From positions 1 through 64,000 of the forward strand of contig RSEE01000047.1 of assembly GCA_003971905.1 (NCBI GenBank): a stretch of 64,000 bases of DNA, written 5' to 3'. The notes beneath the pieces were generated by a model that searched no databases, was not told the DNA's origin, and saw nothing but the letters and a program-made list of their open reading frames with translations. Of this stretch, positions 63,153 through 64,000 are shown piece after piece (the first letter of the stretch is position 1; each line of letters begins with the position of its first letter). Both the position numbers and the translations under genes were made by a program. Origin of the DNA: Moniliella sp. 'wahieum'. Its lineage: Eukaryota.

Positions 63153-64000
63153 GATGAGAAAGTGGGAGGGTGTGCGGAGGGAAAGACGAGTGTAGGTCGT
63201 ATGTAATGAGGAGCAATGGGGTGGGCTAGGAGGACCTGCCCAACGAGCCCAGGAAGGTGGTGGAAGCAACGAGACGGAAGGCTGCGATGCGAAAACAGAA
63301 TGGTATCTGTCCAACAATGGCTGGCACAGCCCCATAACATGCACCAGGGCTTGACAACGTCTGCGGGGGGGGGGGCTCACCAATCACCGATGTGTGCGGG
63401 GACTGCGACCGGTGAGGTTGGTGAGCTGCTAGCCATGTCATAGATTAGTCAGCCGGTCAGACTCATGCGCCCCAACGTCCTGGCAGCTTGGACCCTGGCA
63501 GATGGACTTGGCCTTCCTCGGTCTCATATCCCCCGCCCTCCCGCCGCAGCCACGACGACACGTGTCAGACAGGCATGGCGCCACTGCTCCAGATGATACG
63601 TCTTTCACGGTAATTAGGGTAACCGGTAACTGGCCCCAGAAGTGAGCTCGATGTGACTCGTGAATGCGTGAACGGGTGAACGTGGAGACGTAGGACATTG
63701 GCCTTCCTCCATGGTCACTCGAATTCTTGAGGCCCAGGCTTGCCAGCTGCACGCCTCAAATTTCAAAAGTCTTCCATGGAACGCCTCGTCGGTCCATTTC
63801 CTTTTCCGCCGTAAAACAATGGGAAAGTGAGCTGCTCAGGCAATTCACATGCTATGGCGCAAGCGCCCAATGAAGCCAGTGACTAGTAACTAGTGACTTA
63901 TTAGCGCTGTTAGCGCTTAGTATGTTAGCTGTGATATTATTTTGAAATTTTGACTGGGAACCGAGAATCCGGAATTCAGGGAATAGGCCTTCCTGACATT

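Overview
Gene-dense, GC-rich eukaryotic DNA with short GT-AG introns (about 50-130 nt, CTRAC-type branch points) and intron-containing tRNAs. The gene content and protein sequences point to a basidiomycete fungus, probably Ustilaginomycotina-like (inference). The assembly carries many 1-2 nt indels, even in PP1 and calcineurin, so most genes are split across ORF frames and were reconstructed by hand. Recognisable genes: a DUF6533-type membrane protein, an MDR-family oxidoreductase, a She10-like protein, BolA, galactokinase, an MFS transporter, calcineurin A, an FSH1-fold protein, a flavin amine oxidase, a dual-specificity phosphatase, an Mbp1/Res-type APSES factor, chitin deacetylase, DCAF11, a MINDY-fold protein, Mkt1, NDUFB4, PP1 and a Pin4-like protein. 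There are also tRNA-Ser(GCT), tRNA-Pro(AGG), tRNA-Asn(GTT), an FAH-domain pseudogene, a probable solo LTR and a gag relic. The most unusual signal is non-coding. Many intergenic regions carry 7-bp-period arrays of the form [TGA-NNNN]n (or [TCA-NNNN]n), where NNNN is usually a palindromic tetramer that can switch within an array while the phase is kept; 13 of the 16 possible palindromic tetramers were seen. Two probable pseudoenzymes and an unannotated spliced lipidated microprotein are also noted.
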